Source of the DNA: an uncultured Victivallis sp.
Lineage (GTDB): Bacteria > Verrucomicrobiota > Lentisphaeria > Victivallales > GWF2-50-93
Direction: 5' to 3'
Assembly: GCA_964600895.1 (NCBI GenBank)
Contig: CAZRKP010000019.1
Span: 10,730 to 74,729, forward strand
DNA length: 64,000 nucleotides
Shown: positions 52,580-60,649 of the stretch, piece after piece
How positions within the stretch are numbered: position 1 is the stretch's first letter
Layout: each line of letters starts with the position of its first letter
Translations under genes and position numbers: made by a program
The notes under the pieces: model-generated
What the model was told of the DNA's origin: nothing
The model's database searches: none
What the model saw: the letters and a program-made list of their open reading frames with translations, nothing else

Positions 52580-53488
52580 TCATAGGTGGTTGTTGATTAA
52601 TTTTGCCGCTGATTCAAGCGCCTCATCCTCTGATTTCCTCGCTTCAAGTGTGATGTTAAGTCCTTCACCTCTATTACCCGGACAATCCCTGAAAATTTTC
52701 AGTATATCCAATTGCCAGTCGCCAGAATTGGGTGCCAAGTGCTGGTCAAAGATGCCGTTGTTTGAAGAAATATGAAGTTCATATATCCTGTCACCATATT
52801 TTGAAATCATTTTGTCTATATAGCCTTCACGGCAGAAACTGAAATAATTCGCTGACATGTTCAAATGTCCAAGGTCGAGAAGTATTCCAGTATCGTCAGG
52901 TAATTTTTGTAGAAGAGCATCGAACTCCTCGAAGGTGCAGTTTAATGAACTCCTTCTTCCTTTTCCCCCAAGTATTGAGTCGTTTTCGAACAGATTTTCA
53001 ACAACGAGGGTGATTCCATATTTCGCAGCGATTTTATGAAGTTTTTCAAAATTGCCTACGAAGGTGGAAAACGCACATTCATATGAAATTTCACTTTTCA
53101 GGTGGAATCCAAAGTGGCCATCTGGCTTTTCATAAGCGTCAAGAAGATATCCTGGATGAAAAGAATAATATGACAAGTTATACCGTTTGCACAACATAAA
53201 TGCAGATTCTGCCATCTCAAAAGATTTTTCAGTGGTTGTCTTATCCCTTGAAGAAAAGGTTAGGACGAAACTTTTCTTAGGCGCAGGAAAGTATCCATGT
53301 ATCAGAATAGGGGTTTTTGTTGCAATATTGTCAAGCATGTTTTCAATTTCTCTTATCGGATAGTATTGAAAATTACCGCTAAACTCAATTCCATCTACGA
53401 ATGCAGGTATCCTTGAGGGATCCTCAAGAACATTATAGAGGAAGCATGTTGATGAAATGTAAATCCTGCGTTTAGATCCATTTACCAT
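52580..53488 (-). CDS. Xylose-isomerase-like TIM-barrel protein (sugar phosphate isomerase/epimerase family)
   Basis: 302 aa. Pattern YYSFHPG...LVVENL...LLDLGHLN...ELHISSN resembles the metal-ligand blocks of the AP_endonuc_2 TIM-barrel family. This is a moderate-confidence call made by eye. Confidence 0.55.
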   Translation of the reverse strand: MVNGSKRRIYISSTCFLYNVLEDPSRIPAFVDGIEFSGNFQYYPIREIENMLDNIATKTPILIHGYFPAPKKSFVLTFSSRDKTTTEKSFEMAESAFMLCKRYNLSYYSFHPGYLLDAYEKPDGHFGFHLKSEISYECAFSTFVGNFEKLHKIAAKYGITLVVENLFENDSILGGKGRRSSLNCTFEEFDALLQKLPDDTGILLDLGHLNMSANYFSFCREGYIDKMISKYGDRIYELHISSNNGIFDQHLAPNSGDWQLDILKIFRDCPGNRGEGLNITLEARKSEDEALESAAKLINNHL

Positions 53489-54186
53489 AGCAGTTCAGTT
53501 CCATCGAAGTTGAGGAATTTTCCAGTTTGCTTCATGCTTATTTTATCAATCAAATGTATTATCTTGACGCTTGCAGCAGTGGCTGTCATTTCGGCGTTCT
53601 TAGGTCCCATCTTTGTCTTCATGGTTCCAGGATGCAGGATGAACACAGGGATTTTTTCCGGTTTGAGCTCTTGTGCCAATATTCTTGCCATCATATTGAG
53701 AGAAGCTTTGCCGGCCTTGTATCCATATAGGCTTGAAAAGCCAGAAATTCTGCCTATTGCACCTGAAAGAGATGAAATAAATATTATTTTCGGACTGTTC
53801 GAGTTTTTTATAGATTTCAGCAAGGATTTTACCACAAACATAGGAGCAATTGCATTTATGGTCATGGATTCATGTATCTTTTTCCAGTCGAGCTCATCAA
53901 TACTCTCGTTTCTATGCATTATCCCTGCATTACTTATGAACACGTCTATCATTTCAGCATGCCTACTAACGATGGAAGAGAGCGAAGATATTCCGTTTTT
54001 GCATCGAAGGTCGACCTTTATGACATGGAGCATTCCAGGAAAGGACTTAACCTGTTGACGTAGCCTCGGAACTTCATTCCTGACACAGGCGAATACCATG
54101 CATCCTTCTTCAAGGTATCTTGATGCAAGTTCGAATCCTAGACCGCTTCCAGCACCGGTGATAAGGATTTTTCTGATTTGTGTCAT
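53482..54186 (-). CDS. Short-chain dehydrogenase/reductase (SDR)
   Basis: 234 aa. ILITGAGSGLG cofactor motif and YGYKAGK (YxxxK). Confidence 0.85.
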   Translation of the reverse strand: MTQIRKILITGAGSGLGFELASRYLEEGCMVFACVRNEVPRLRQQVKSFPGMLHVIKVDLRCKNGISSLSSIVSRHAEMIDVFISNAGIMHRNESIDELDWKKIHESMTINAIAPMFVVKSLLKSIKNSNSPKIIFISSLSGAIGRISGFSSLYGYKAGKASLNMMARILAQELKPEKIPVFILHPGTMKTKMGPKNAEMTATAASVKIIHLIDKISMKQTGKFLNFDGTELLW

Positions 54187-54197
54187 GCAGCAATTTC

Positions 54198-55247
54198 TTA
54201 TTGAGAACTCTTGAGTACTGGGGCGAATTCCCTCGAGTAGACAATATGGAAATTGTCTACATACTGGTCAAGTCCCTTGTAGGTATCCTTGGCATAAGGA
54301 AGCTCGCATACGGCGCAGTCATATCCTTGTGAAAGGCAATAGGAATATTCTCTGTCCAGATGGTTCTGCCTGAACATAAGCATTTTATTGCAGTTCCAGA
54401 CCTTCATAAGGTCGTAGTCTGGATCGTTCGCATTGCCGATACTGAATTTTGTTTTAAAATCATAAGGGCAGGGGTTGATGATTCCATCGTGCCTGAAGGT
54501 CATGTAAAACCAAGGATAAGCACATCCCTTATGAGGTTCAAGTTTCTTCTTTCCCTTTATGGACTCAACGGACTCCTTTGCAATTTTACTGTCGCCCTGG
54601 ATTGAGTAGAGCGGAGTCACAAAACAGCGGTCAACAATTGGTGTCCAGAACTCCTTGAAGGCTTGGCTTTCATGTTTGTTATAGCTTGATTCTACGCTCA
54701 TCACATTGATATAGCATTTTGTTTTCAGTTCTTTGTTCAGATCAATGAGATCAAGCAAGTTTTGCTTGACTTTTTTATAGCAGTCAACGCCGGTAATCTT
54801 CTTGTATGTCTCAGGACTGTGTGCATGGAGTGAAAACTGGATCTTCTTCATTCCTGCTTCAAGGAGCCTTTTAGAGAACTTCTTGTCCATGAGTGCGCCA
54901 TTTGTGATAATTGCACATTCTACACTTTTTGACTGAGCATATTCCACGAATTGTGGAAGGTTCCTGTTAACGGTCGGTTCACCTCGGCCGATTATGTTGA
55001 CAGGGGCACGGACATTGTATTTCGAAAGCGAATCAACAATTTTTTTCCAGAGTTCAAGGGACATATCACCGGGTTCCCCTCTGATCGCCTTGTCGGTACA
55101 CATTACACAGTTCAGGAAGCATCTATTTGTCGGTTCGATATAGAAATGGTTCGGAGGCACTGGACAGAACGCTTGTCTGTTCCTTATGCATTCAACTCTT
55201 TTCAGCTCTTCTTTGAGTGTAATCTCAAGGAGTTCCTGGATTTTCAT
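54198..55247 (-). CDS. Radical SAM enzyme with a Cys-rich SPASM/twitch-like C-terminal extension
   Basis: 349 aa. IEPTNRCFLNCVMC (CxxxCxxC). C-terminal cysteines HKGCAYPWFYMTFRHDGIINPCPYD...CAVCELPY. Confidence 0.8.
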   Translation of the reverse strand: MKIQELLEITLKEELKRVECIRNRQAFCPVPPNHFYIEPTNRCFLNCVMCTDKAIRGEPGDMSLELWKKIVDSLSKYNVRAPVNIIGRGEPTVNRNLPQFVEYAQSKSVECAIITNGALMDKKFSKRLLEAGMKKIQFSLHAHSPETYKKITGVDCYKKVKQNLLDLIDLNKELKTKCYINVMSVESSYNKHESQAFKEFWTPIVDRCFVTPLYSIQGDSKIAKESVESIKGKKKLEPHKGCAYPWFYMTFRHDGIINPCPYDFKTKFSIGNANDPDYDLMKVWNCNKMLMFRQNHLDREYSYCLSQGYDCAVCELPYAKDTYKGLDQYVDNFHIVYSREFAPVLKSSQ

Positions 55248-55270
55248 TTCTTTTTCTCCGTTTGGTTTTA

Positions 55271-56308
55271 TTAGACTCTGTAGTTTCCTTCCTTCGATCC
55301 TACCAGCTTCGCGGGATTTCCTGCGACTATGGAGTTAAGGGGAAAGTTCTTTGTGACGACCGAACCTGCGGCAACAACCGAGTTATTGCCAAGTTTAACA
55401 TTCTTAAGTATTCTTGCACCTGCACCGATCCACACATGATCATGCAGCACGATTGCAGCACGCTTGACATCGCTGTCCGAAATTGTCATCCTATGGAAGT
55501 CTGTATCAATGAATTCGACATCCCAGGATATGGCGCAGTTTCTTCCTATCTTAATGCTTTTCTCTACGAATATTTTGGTGTTGAATGCGATATATGTGCC
55601 ATCCCCGATGGAAAGTTCAGCCCCTGGAAAGATGTTGATCCTAATCCCGCTGTAGAGAGTTATGCTGCCCATGCATTTGAAAGTTGCGCCCCTGTGTATC
55701 CTTATGACGGTACCTCCATACTCTCTAATGCCTTCCCAGTCAGGAGGAACATGCCCAATCCTCAGCACAGACTCTGGACTCATCTCGAATTTTCCACCTT
55801 CGTCGACAATGATCTGGCAGTTTCCAGTGAAGATCACCCTGCTTGTCTGAGGGCAGTATTTCCTTGAAAAGGCAATGCTTTTTCTCATGTTGGCATCACC
55901 GCGATATAACCGTTTAATATTCTTTGAAAACGTATCCCTTTTTCTGGCAGGGGTGGCTATGCTGTGATTGACATTCATGTTCCCATCCACTGCTCCATAA
56001 CGTACAGACCTTATCTTGTTAAGAAGGAATGCATCGACCTCTTCATACCCGTCACCATTGTTTTTGTATAGAGAAAATGCAAGGTCCATCCCAGGTAACT
56101 TTTCGAAGAACTCGTCTGGAGCAGCTAGATTGAAGTCGCGATAAGGATATTCTATGATTTTCAGGTAGTCCAGTCCCTTGAAAACCTCAATCATATTTCT
56201 CTGTACGAGGAGATGAAGTTTTGCGCCTGGAAATTCAGCCCGGAGTTTCTCAAGCGCACTATAGACAGTTTTGACGTCAGCAGATCTAAGAAGTAATATG
56301 TTTTTCAT
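55271..56308 (-). CDS. Two-domain protein: unknown N-terminal domain + C-terminal LbH (hexapeptide) acyltransferase
   Basis: 345 aa. C-terminal IGRNCAISWDVEFIDTD...VWIGAGARILKNVKLGNNSVVAAGSVVTKNFPLNSIVAGNPAKLV. The track ORF 55262..55867(+) is its antisense shadow. Confidence 0.75.
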   Translation of the reverse strand: MKNILLLRSADVKTVYSALEKLRAEFPGAKLHLLVQRNMIEVFKGLDYLKIIEYPYRDFNLAAPDEFFEKLPGMDLAFSLYKNNGDGYEEVDAFLLNKIRSVRYGAVDGNMNVNHSIATPARKRDTFSKNIKRLYRGDANMRKSIAFSRKYCPQTSRVIFTGNCQIIVDEGGKFEMSPESVLRIGHVPPDWEGIREYGGTVIRIHRGATFKCMGSITLYSGIRINIFPGAELSIGDGTYIAFNTKIFVEKSIKIGRNCAISWDVEFIDTDFHRMTISDSDVKRAAIVLHDHVWIGAGARILKNVKLGNNSVVAAGSVVTKNFPLNSIVAGNPAKLVGSKEGNYRV

Positions 56309-56318
56309 TTTTGCACCT

Positions 56319-57227
56319 TCAATAGGAGAAATCTATCTTGCATGCCTTGAATCCGAATGTACGGCTGAATTTTTCGGTCTGGATTTCAACCTTCGCAGAA
56401 GAGCCAATATCTTTGAATATAATTTTTGATTTCTTGTCACCAGTTTTGGAAATGATTTTCTCGGCGACCTGTCGGTATGAGAAATTCCTATGGCATCCTA
56501 AATTATAGGTTCCAGGAACTGGCCTTGAGATTATTTTCCGTATACCTCCAGCGATATCGTCTACATGGATGAAGTTACTGACCCTCTCTCCTTTGCCGAA
56601 AAGTGTGATGGTGTTCTTCTCTGAAAGTTCCTTTCTAAAGATCCCGATCAGTCTGTCATCCTGCATTCCGGGTCCGTATACCTGCCCGAGCCTAAGATTT
56701 ACGACATTCGGCCTGCCGTTCAGTATGAAGTTGAATATCACTTCCGAACTGAACTTTGCCAGGCCATAAAGACATTCAGTGTTACCGGACATGCCGATCT
56801 TGGACTCTTCGCTGTATTTGCCATTCTTGTTCGGATATACTGCAATGCTGGAAAGATTTACTACAATACGGCATCCGAGCTCTTCGGCTAGCCATGCAGC
56901 GTTCTCACTAATCCTGTTGTTGAGATAGAGATATGCGAAATTCCTCCAGTCACCAGCCTTACAGAGAATGAAGGCAGTATGGATCATCGCGTCAATACTT
57001 GTCCTGCAAAGTTTTTTTGCTAGTTTCCTGGTTTCTGTGGAATTCGTAAGATCGACGAAAAACAGATCCTTGCCGTTCGGATCAGAATATCTGGGCCATT
57101 CAAGCCTTAGTATCCTGTTATTCATGTAAAGGGCTTTTAGGAGATGCCTACCTATGAATCCGTTTGCTCCTGTCAGCAGAATTGTCATCGGTTTAGTCAT
57201 TGCTATCCTCGACAAAATATTCCTCAA
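56319..57227 (-). CDS. NAD-dependent epimerase/dehydratase (extended SDR)
   Basis: 302 aa. ILLTGANGFIGRHL and YGLAK (YxxxK). The start could be ATG 57200 or 57188 instead of 57227. Confidence 0.8.
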   Translation of the reverse strand: MRNILSRIAMTKPMTILLTGANGFIGRHLLKALYMNNRILRLEWPRYSDPNGKDLFFVDLTNSTETRKLAKKLCRTSIDAMIHTAFILCKAGDWRNFAYLYLNNRISENAAWLAEELGCRIVVNLSSIAVYPNKNGKYSEESKIGMSGNTECLYGLAKFSSEVIFNFILNGRPNVVNLRLGQVYGPGMQDDRLIGIFRKELSEKNTITLFGKGERVSNFIHVDDIAGGIRKIISRPVPGTYNLGCHRNFSYRQVAEKIISKTGDKKSKIIFKDIGSSAKVEIQTEKFSRTFGFKACKIDFSY

Positions 57228-58179
57228 GATATCTCAGCACTTTACCGTATTTCATGTTGAATTTGGGGAGCTTTATTCCAAGGAGATGCTTGATGGTGTA
57301 TTCTACTTCGTTAATCCCGAAGAAGCATCTTACATATGTTGTGCCGGAAAATCTGGCGTTAATCTCGAAGAGTTTCGGTTTCCTCCCATCATTATCAAGC
57401 CTTAACTGGTAGTTACATGGTCCAAAAGGCTTAAGTTTCTCTGATATCATAGTGATGTAATCGTAAATGGTTTTTGGGGTGTTGGGTGAGTTATATGCTG
57501 CATATGTGTTTCCATGCCTAAGGGTCCTACGAAGACTTATTGATGTCTTCACTTCATCTTCAAAGAACAATACTCCACAGGTGTATTCGTCAGACATTCT
57601 GCCGACATTCTCCTGTATCACTGGTTTTTTTAATGTTTTCAGCGTATGCATGAGTTCTCGGCGATTCTTTACAAGAGAAAGACCTCGACTACCTGAACTC
57701 GTCCTAGGCTTGACAATCGCAGGATAACGCACCTTGTCAATTTCATTGGGAAGCCATGTATCTGGACAGGAAATCCCCTTTTTCTTGAGAAATAGATATG
57801 TCTTATATTTGTCCTCTGCAACATCTATTACTTTTTCACTGCTGACAATGACAGTGCATCCTGTCTCATGCTCAATGATCCTTCTATTCTTAGCTAAAAC
57901 TTCCAGCTCGAAGCCCATTCCCACGAAAAGTAATTTCAATCTATGCTTCTTTATATAAAAGATGAGAGCTTCGATAAAGGAGTCTATTTGTGTTTTATCC
58001 TTAAGTATGTCGGGCATGATGTATGTTCTGTTTACCCAGTGAGAACCAAGAGTGCCGTCGAAATATTCGAAACCTGTAATATCTGTCTTTTCGGAAAGAT
58101 CTGATTTTCTGATGGATCTGATGATTCCTTGCCCGACGAGGGAATCTACGCAGGTTATTCCGATATTGATCTTCTTCAT
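57193..58179 (-). CDS. ATP-grasp ligase
   Basis: Start set at ATG 58179 (MKKINIG), which forms an ATGA overlap with the PHP gene stop. YPAIVKPRTSSGSRG and KLFEINARFSGT are ATP-grasp signatures. Confidence 0.8.
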   Translation of the reverse strand: MKKINIGITCVDSLVGQGIIRSIRKSDLSEKTDITGFEYFDGTLGSHWVNRTYIMPDILKDKTQIDSFIEALIFYIKKHRLKLLFVGMGFELEVLAKNRRIIEHETGCTVIVSSEKVIDVAEDKYKTYLFLKKKGISCPDTWLPNEIDKVRYPAIVKPRTSSGSRGLSLVKNRRELMHTLKTLKKPVIQENVGRMSDEYTCGVLFFEDEVKTSISLRRTLRHGNTYAAYNSPNTPKTIYDYITMISEKLKPFGPCNYQLRLDNDGRKPKLFEINARFSGTTYVRCFFGINEVEYTIKHLLGIKLPKFNMKYGKVLRYLEEYFVEDSND

Positions 58180-58892
58180 TTGCCCACCCGATGTTTCCTT
58201 AGTAGTTTCAGGCATTCTCCTGTTTCCGAAACGTTGTGAGCGTCTGAGCCTATCGATATTGCCGGATTATACTTCTCCAGTAGCACAAGCAGTTCTTTGA
58301 TGATGTTGGAATGGTATCTTGAATTGATCTCGAATGCGGTTTCAGTAGCTGCACATTTTAAGATTAAATCTTCCATAAGATCCATGCTGAACCCTCCGGC
58401 AAAGGAATTGGACATTCCTCCAACATGGCCAAGAATATCGGCCTGTCCTGATTTCAATAGTCCCAAGTAGAGCCTGTATTCGCACTCCTGAAGCTTTTCC
58501 AGTGGTTTGAAGAATTCGGGATGGAGGAATTTACCATTATCAACGGGGATGCTGTGTACGCTGCCTATTATCAAATGCTTGTTTCTGGAACAATATTCTG
58601 GGATATCGAGATTTCCGTTAAAATCCTTGATCTTGGCCTCGAAGCCGGCATAAAGTTCAATTTTAGAATTTCTTGCTATAGTCTTGATTTCCCCTACAAA
58701 ATCCTTGCAGTAGGAGGAATTCTTTCTGACATGGTCAGTAAAAGCTATCATCCTTAATCCTTTTTCTACTGCCACATCCAGCATTTCCACTGAAGTGTTT
58801 TCTCCATCCGTCCAAACAGTATGAATATGCATGTCAGAAAGCAAATCGAACTTAGAAAGAGTCCTGAATCTCTTGAAAATGGGCTTGTTCAT
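58176..58892 (-). CDS. PHP-domain (histidinol-phosphatase-like) metal-dependent phosphoesterase
   Basis: 238 aa. DMHIHTVWTDG, IAFTDH, GSVH, GHVG, IGSDAH follow the PHP His/Asp ligand pattern. ATGA overlap with the NeuB-family gene stop. Confidence 0.75.
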   Translation of the reverse strand: MNKPIFKRFRTLSKFDLLSDMHIHTVWTDGENTSVEMLDVAVEKGLRMIAFTDHVRKNSSYCKDFVGEIKTIARNSKIELYAGFEAKIKDFNGNLDIPEYCSRNKHLIIGSVHSIPVDNGKFLHPEFFKPLEKLQECEYRLYLGLLKSGQADILGHVGGMSNSFAGGFSMDLMEDLILKCAATETAFEINSRYHSNIIKELLVLLEKYNPAISIGSDAHNVSETGECLKLLRKHRVGK

Positions 58893-59926
58893 TTTAATGT
58901 CTTGAAGTCGAAAAGATCTTCTTTGCTGAGATTAACGAGTAACTTTCTGCCGATGACATTGTCCATTTTGCACGGTGGAATGCCGGTTCCGGGTCGCTTT
59001 GCAACTATATGTTTCCTCGTAATCACCGTACCTACTTTTATATCACATGCCGCCATCAGGCTTCGTCTCATGTGTTTTGCATTATCGAGCTCAGCCTGCT
59101 GTATTTTCTTGTTCCTGCAACCGAGACCTGCTTCGACCTGCCTTATGCCTTTTACCATTTCTCTGAGTTCCTGAGGTTCGATCGATGCTGGTTGGTCGAC
59201 TCCTGGGAGATTTCTGCTGAGCGTGAAATGCTTTTCGAGAATCTTTGCACCGAGTGCGGCAGCGGCAATGCCCATGTAAATTCCTTTGCTGTGATCGGAG
59301 AATCCAACAGGGCACTTGAACTCCTTGTGTAGAATTTCCATCGCACGCATATTCAGGTCTTTGTATGGAGTAGGATACTGTGCCGTGCATTGCATGAGGG
59401 CAAATTGTCTTCCCCCGTTCTTTAGATATGTTTCAATGCCATGGCGGATTTCCGGTATGGTCGACATTGCCGTTGAAAATATAGCAGGAATTCCAGTCTC
59501 ACCCAAGGCCGAAAGCAGGTAGTCGTTGTTCATATCAGCCGACGCGATCTTTATCGCTTCTGAACCGATGTCCGATAGGATCGCAAGGCCATCGATATCG
59601 CAGGCGGTCGATAGGAATTCAATCCCGATCTCCTTGCAGGCATCCTTAAGGTCCTTGAACTGTTCCTTAGTAAACTGTATAGAATCATAGAAATCCTTCT
59701 TTGTCCTGTACCTGTGACGGCCTTTGAAATATTCAGGCATCGTTGAATTTTTTGATTCACTCGATTCATATGTGAATGTTTGGAATTTCACGCAGTTCGC
59801 GCCTGATTCTTTAGCTTTCCTAATGAGATGGATGGCCTGGTCGAAATTCCCGTTGTGGTTTACTCCAGCTTCCGCAATAATGAAGACATGCTTGTTCTTC
59901 AATATGTTTTTATCAAACCAGTTCAT
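58889..59926 (-). CDS. neuB: Nonulosonic acid synthase (NeuB/LegI/PseI family) with C-terminal SAF domain
   Basis: 345 aa. FIIAEAGVNHNGNFDQAIHLIRKAKESGANCVKFQTF, GFSDHS, and a C-terminal SAF-like AACDIKVGTVITRKHIVAKRPGTGIPP. The symbol denotes the family only. Sugar specificity is unknown. Confidence 0.9.
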   Translation of the reverse strand: MNWFDKNILKNKHVFIIAEAGVNHNGNFDQAIHLIRKAKESGANCVKFQTFTYESSESKNSTMPEYFKGRHRYRTKKDFYDSIQFTKEQFKDLKDACKEIGIEFLSTACDIDGLAILSDIGSEAIKIASADMNNDYLLSALGETGIPAIFSTAMSTIPEIRHGIETYLKNGGRQFALMQCTAQYPTPYKDLNMRAMEILHKEFKCPVGFSDHSKGIYMGIAAAALGAKILEKHFTLSRNLPGVDQPASIEPQELREMVKGIRQVEAGLGCRNKKIQQAELDNAKHMRRSLMAACDIKVGTVITRKHIVAKRPGTGIPPCKMDNVIGRKLLVNLSKEDLFDFKTLK

Positions 59927-60647
59927 TTAGTTTCTCCATTATTGCATTGCATATTATAAGGTCCTTCTGTGTGTCTATGTCCATGGAATATAAAGGATCA
60001 GTCGCTAGAAGCTTCATCTTTTTCCCATATAGAGGACCACCAGCAAGGATAGTGCTTACTTTGATCACATCGACAAGTCCGTTAAGCGAGTAAGCAGGAG
60101 GGAGAAGTTGGCGCTGGTGGTATTTTTTTATGTCTATACCATCGACGAACGGCGAAGCTATTCCTTTGGAGTCAGCTTTGTACATCCAATAAGGATGGTG
60201 CTTGCCTTGGATCATGTCAACTGTTCTCAAGGAATCGCAGTCGCATGAGTTAATTGCTCTTATGGCTTCTGAAACATGGACTGCTTTTCTAAGAGGAGAT
60301 GTACAGCGAAGATTCACGATGTAATCGCACTCATAGCCCTCCTTCTCCTTAAGCCATTCGATTAGATGAATCATTACTGGGCGATCCGGGGTATCTGACT
60401 GAGCAATTTCATTAGGACGCATGAATGGAACTTCAGCACCATATTTCCTGCCAATATTAGCGATTTCTTCGTCGTCGGTACTAACAATTACACGGTCGAG
60501 TTCAGGGCATTCCAGTCCAGATTTGATGGCGTAATATATAAGAGGTTTACCACAGAGAAGTGCAAGGTTTTTCATTGGTATGCCTTTGGAGCCCCCTCTG
60601 GCCATAACAATTGCAACTATTTTAACAGATTTTGATTTGATAGACAT
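59913..60647 (-). CDS. neuA: Acylneuraminate (nonulosonate) cytidylyltransferase (NeuA/LegF/PseF family)
   Basis: 244 aa. VAIVMARGGSKGIPMKNL and the family-typical VSTDDEEI. The symbol denotes the family only. Confidence 0.9.
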   Translation of the reverse strand: MSIKSKSVKIVAIVMARGGSKGIPMKNLALLCGKPLIYYAIKSGLECPELDRVIVSTDDEEIANIGRKYGAEVPFMRPNEIAQSDTPDRPVMIHLIEWLKEKEGYECDYIVNLRCTSPLRKAVHVSEAIRAINSCDCDSLRTVDMIQGKHHPYWMYKADSKGIASPFVDGIDIKKYHQRQLLPPAYSLNGLVDVIKVSTILAGGPLYGKKMKLLATDPLYSMDIDTQKDLIICNAIMEKLNELV

Positions 60648-60649
60648 TA

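Noticed and set aside
484-55867. Long ORFs on the opposite strand or in other frames of confident genes. Examples: 484..888(+), 721..1086(-), 5134..5592(-), 7109..7543(-), 9836..10399(+), 32034..32585(+), 51569..52114(+), 53510..54058(+), 55262..55867(+)
   Set aside because: Each lies entirely inside a longer ORF with clear family motifs. Their translations are low-complexity (Ser/Pro/Leu-rich) with no motifs. They are typical shadow ORFs.
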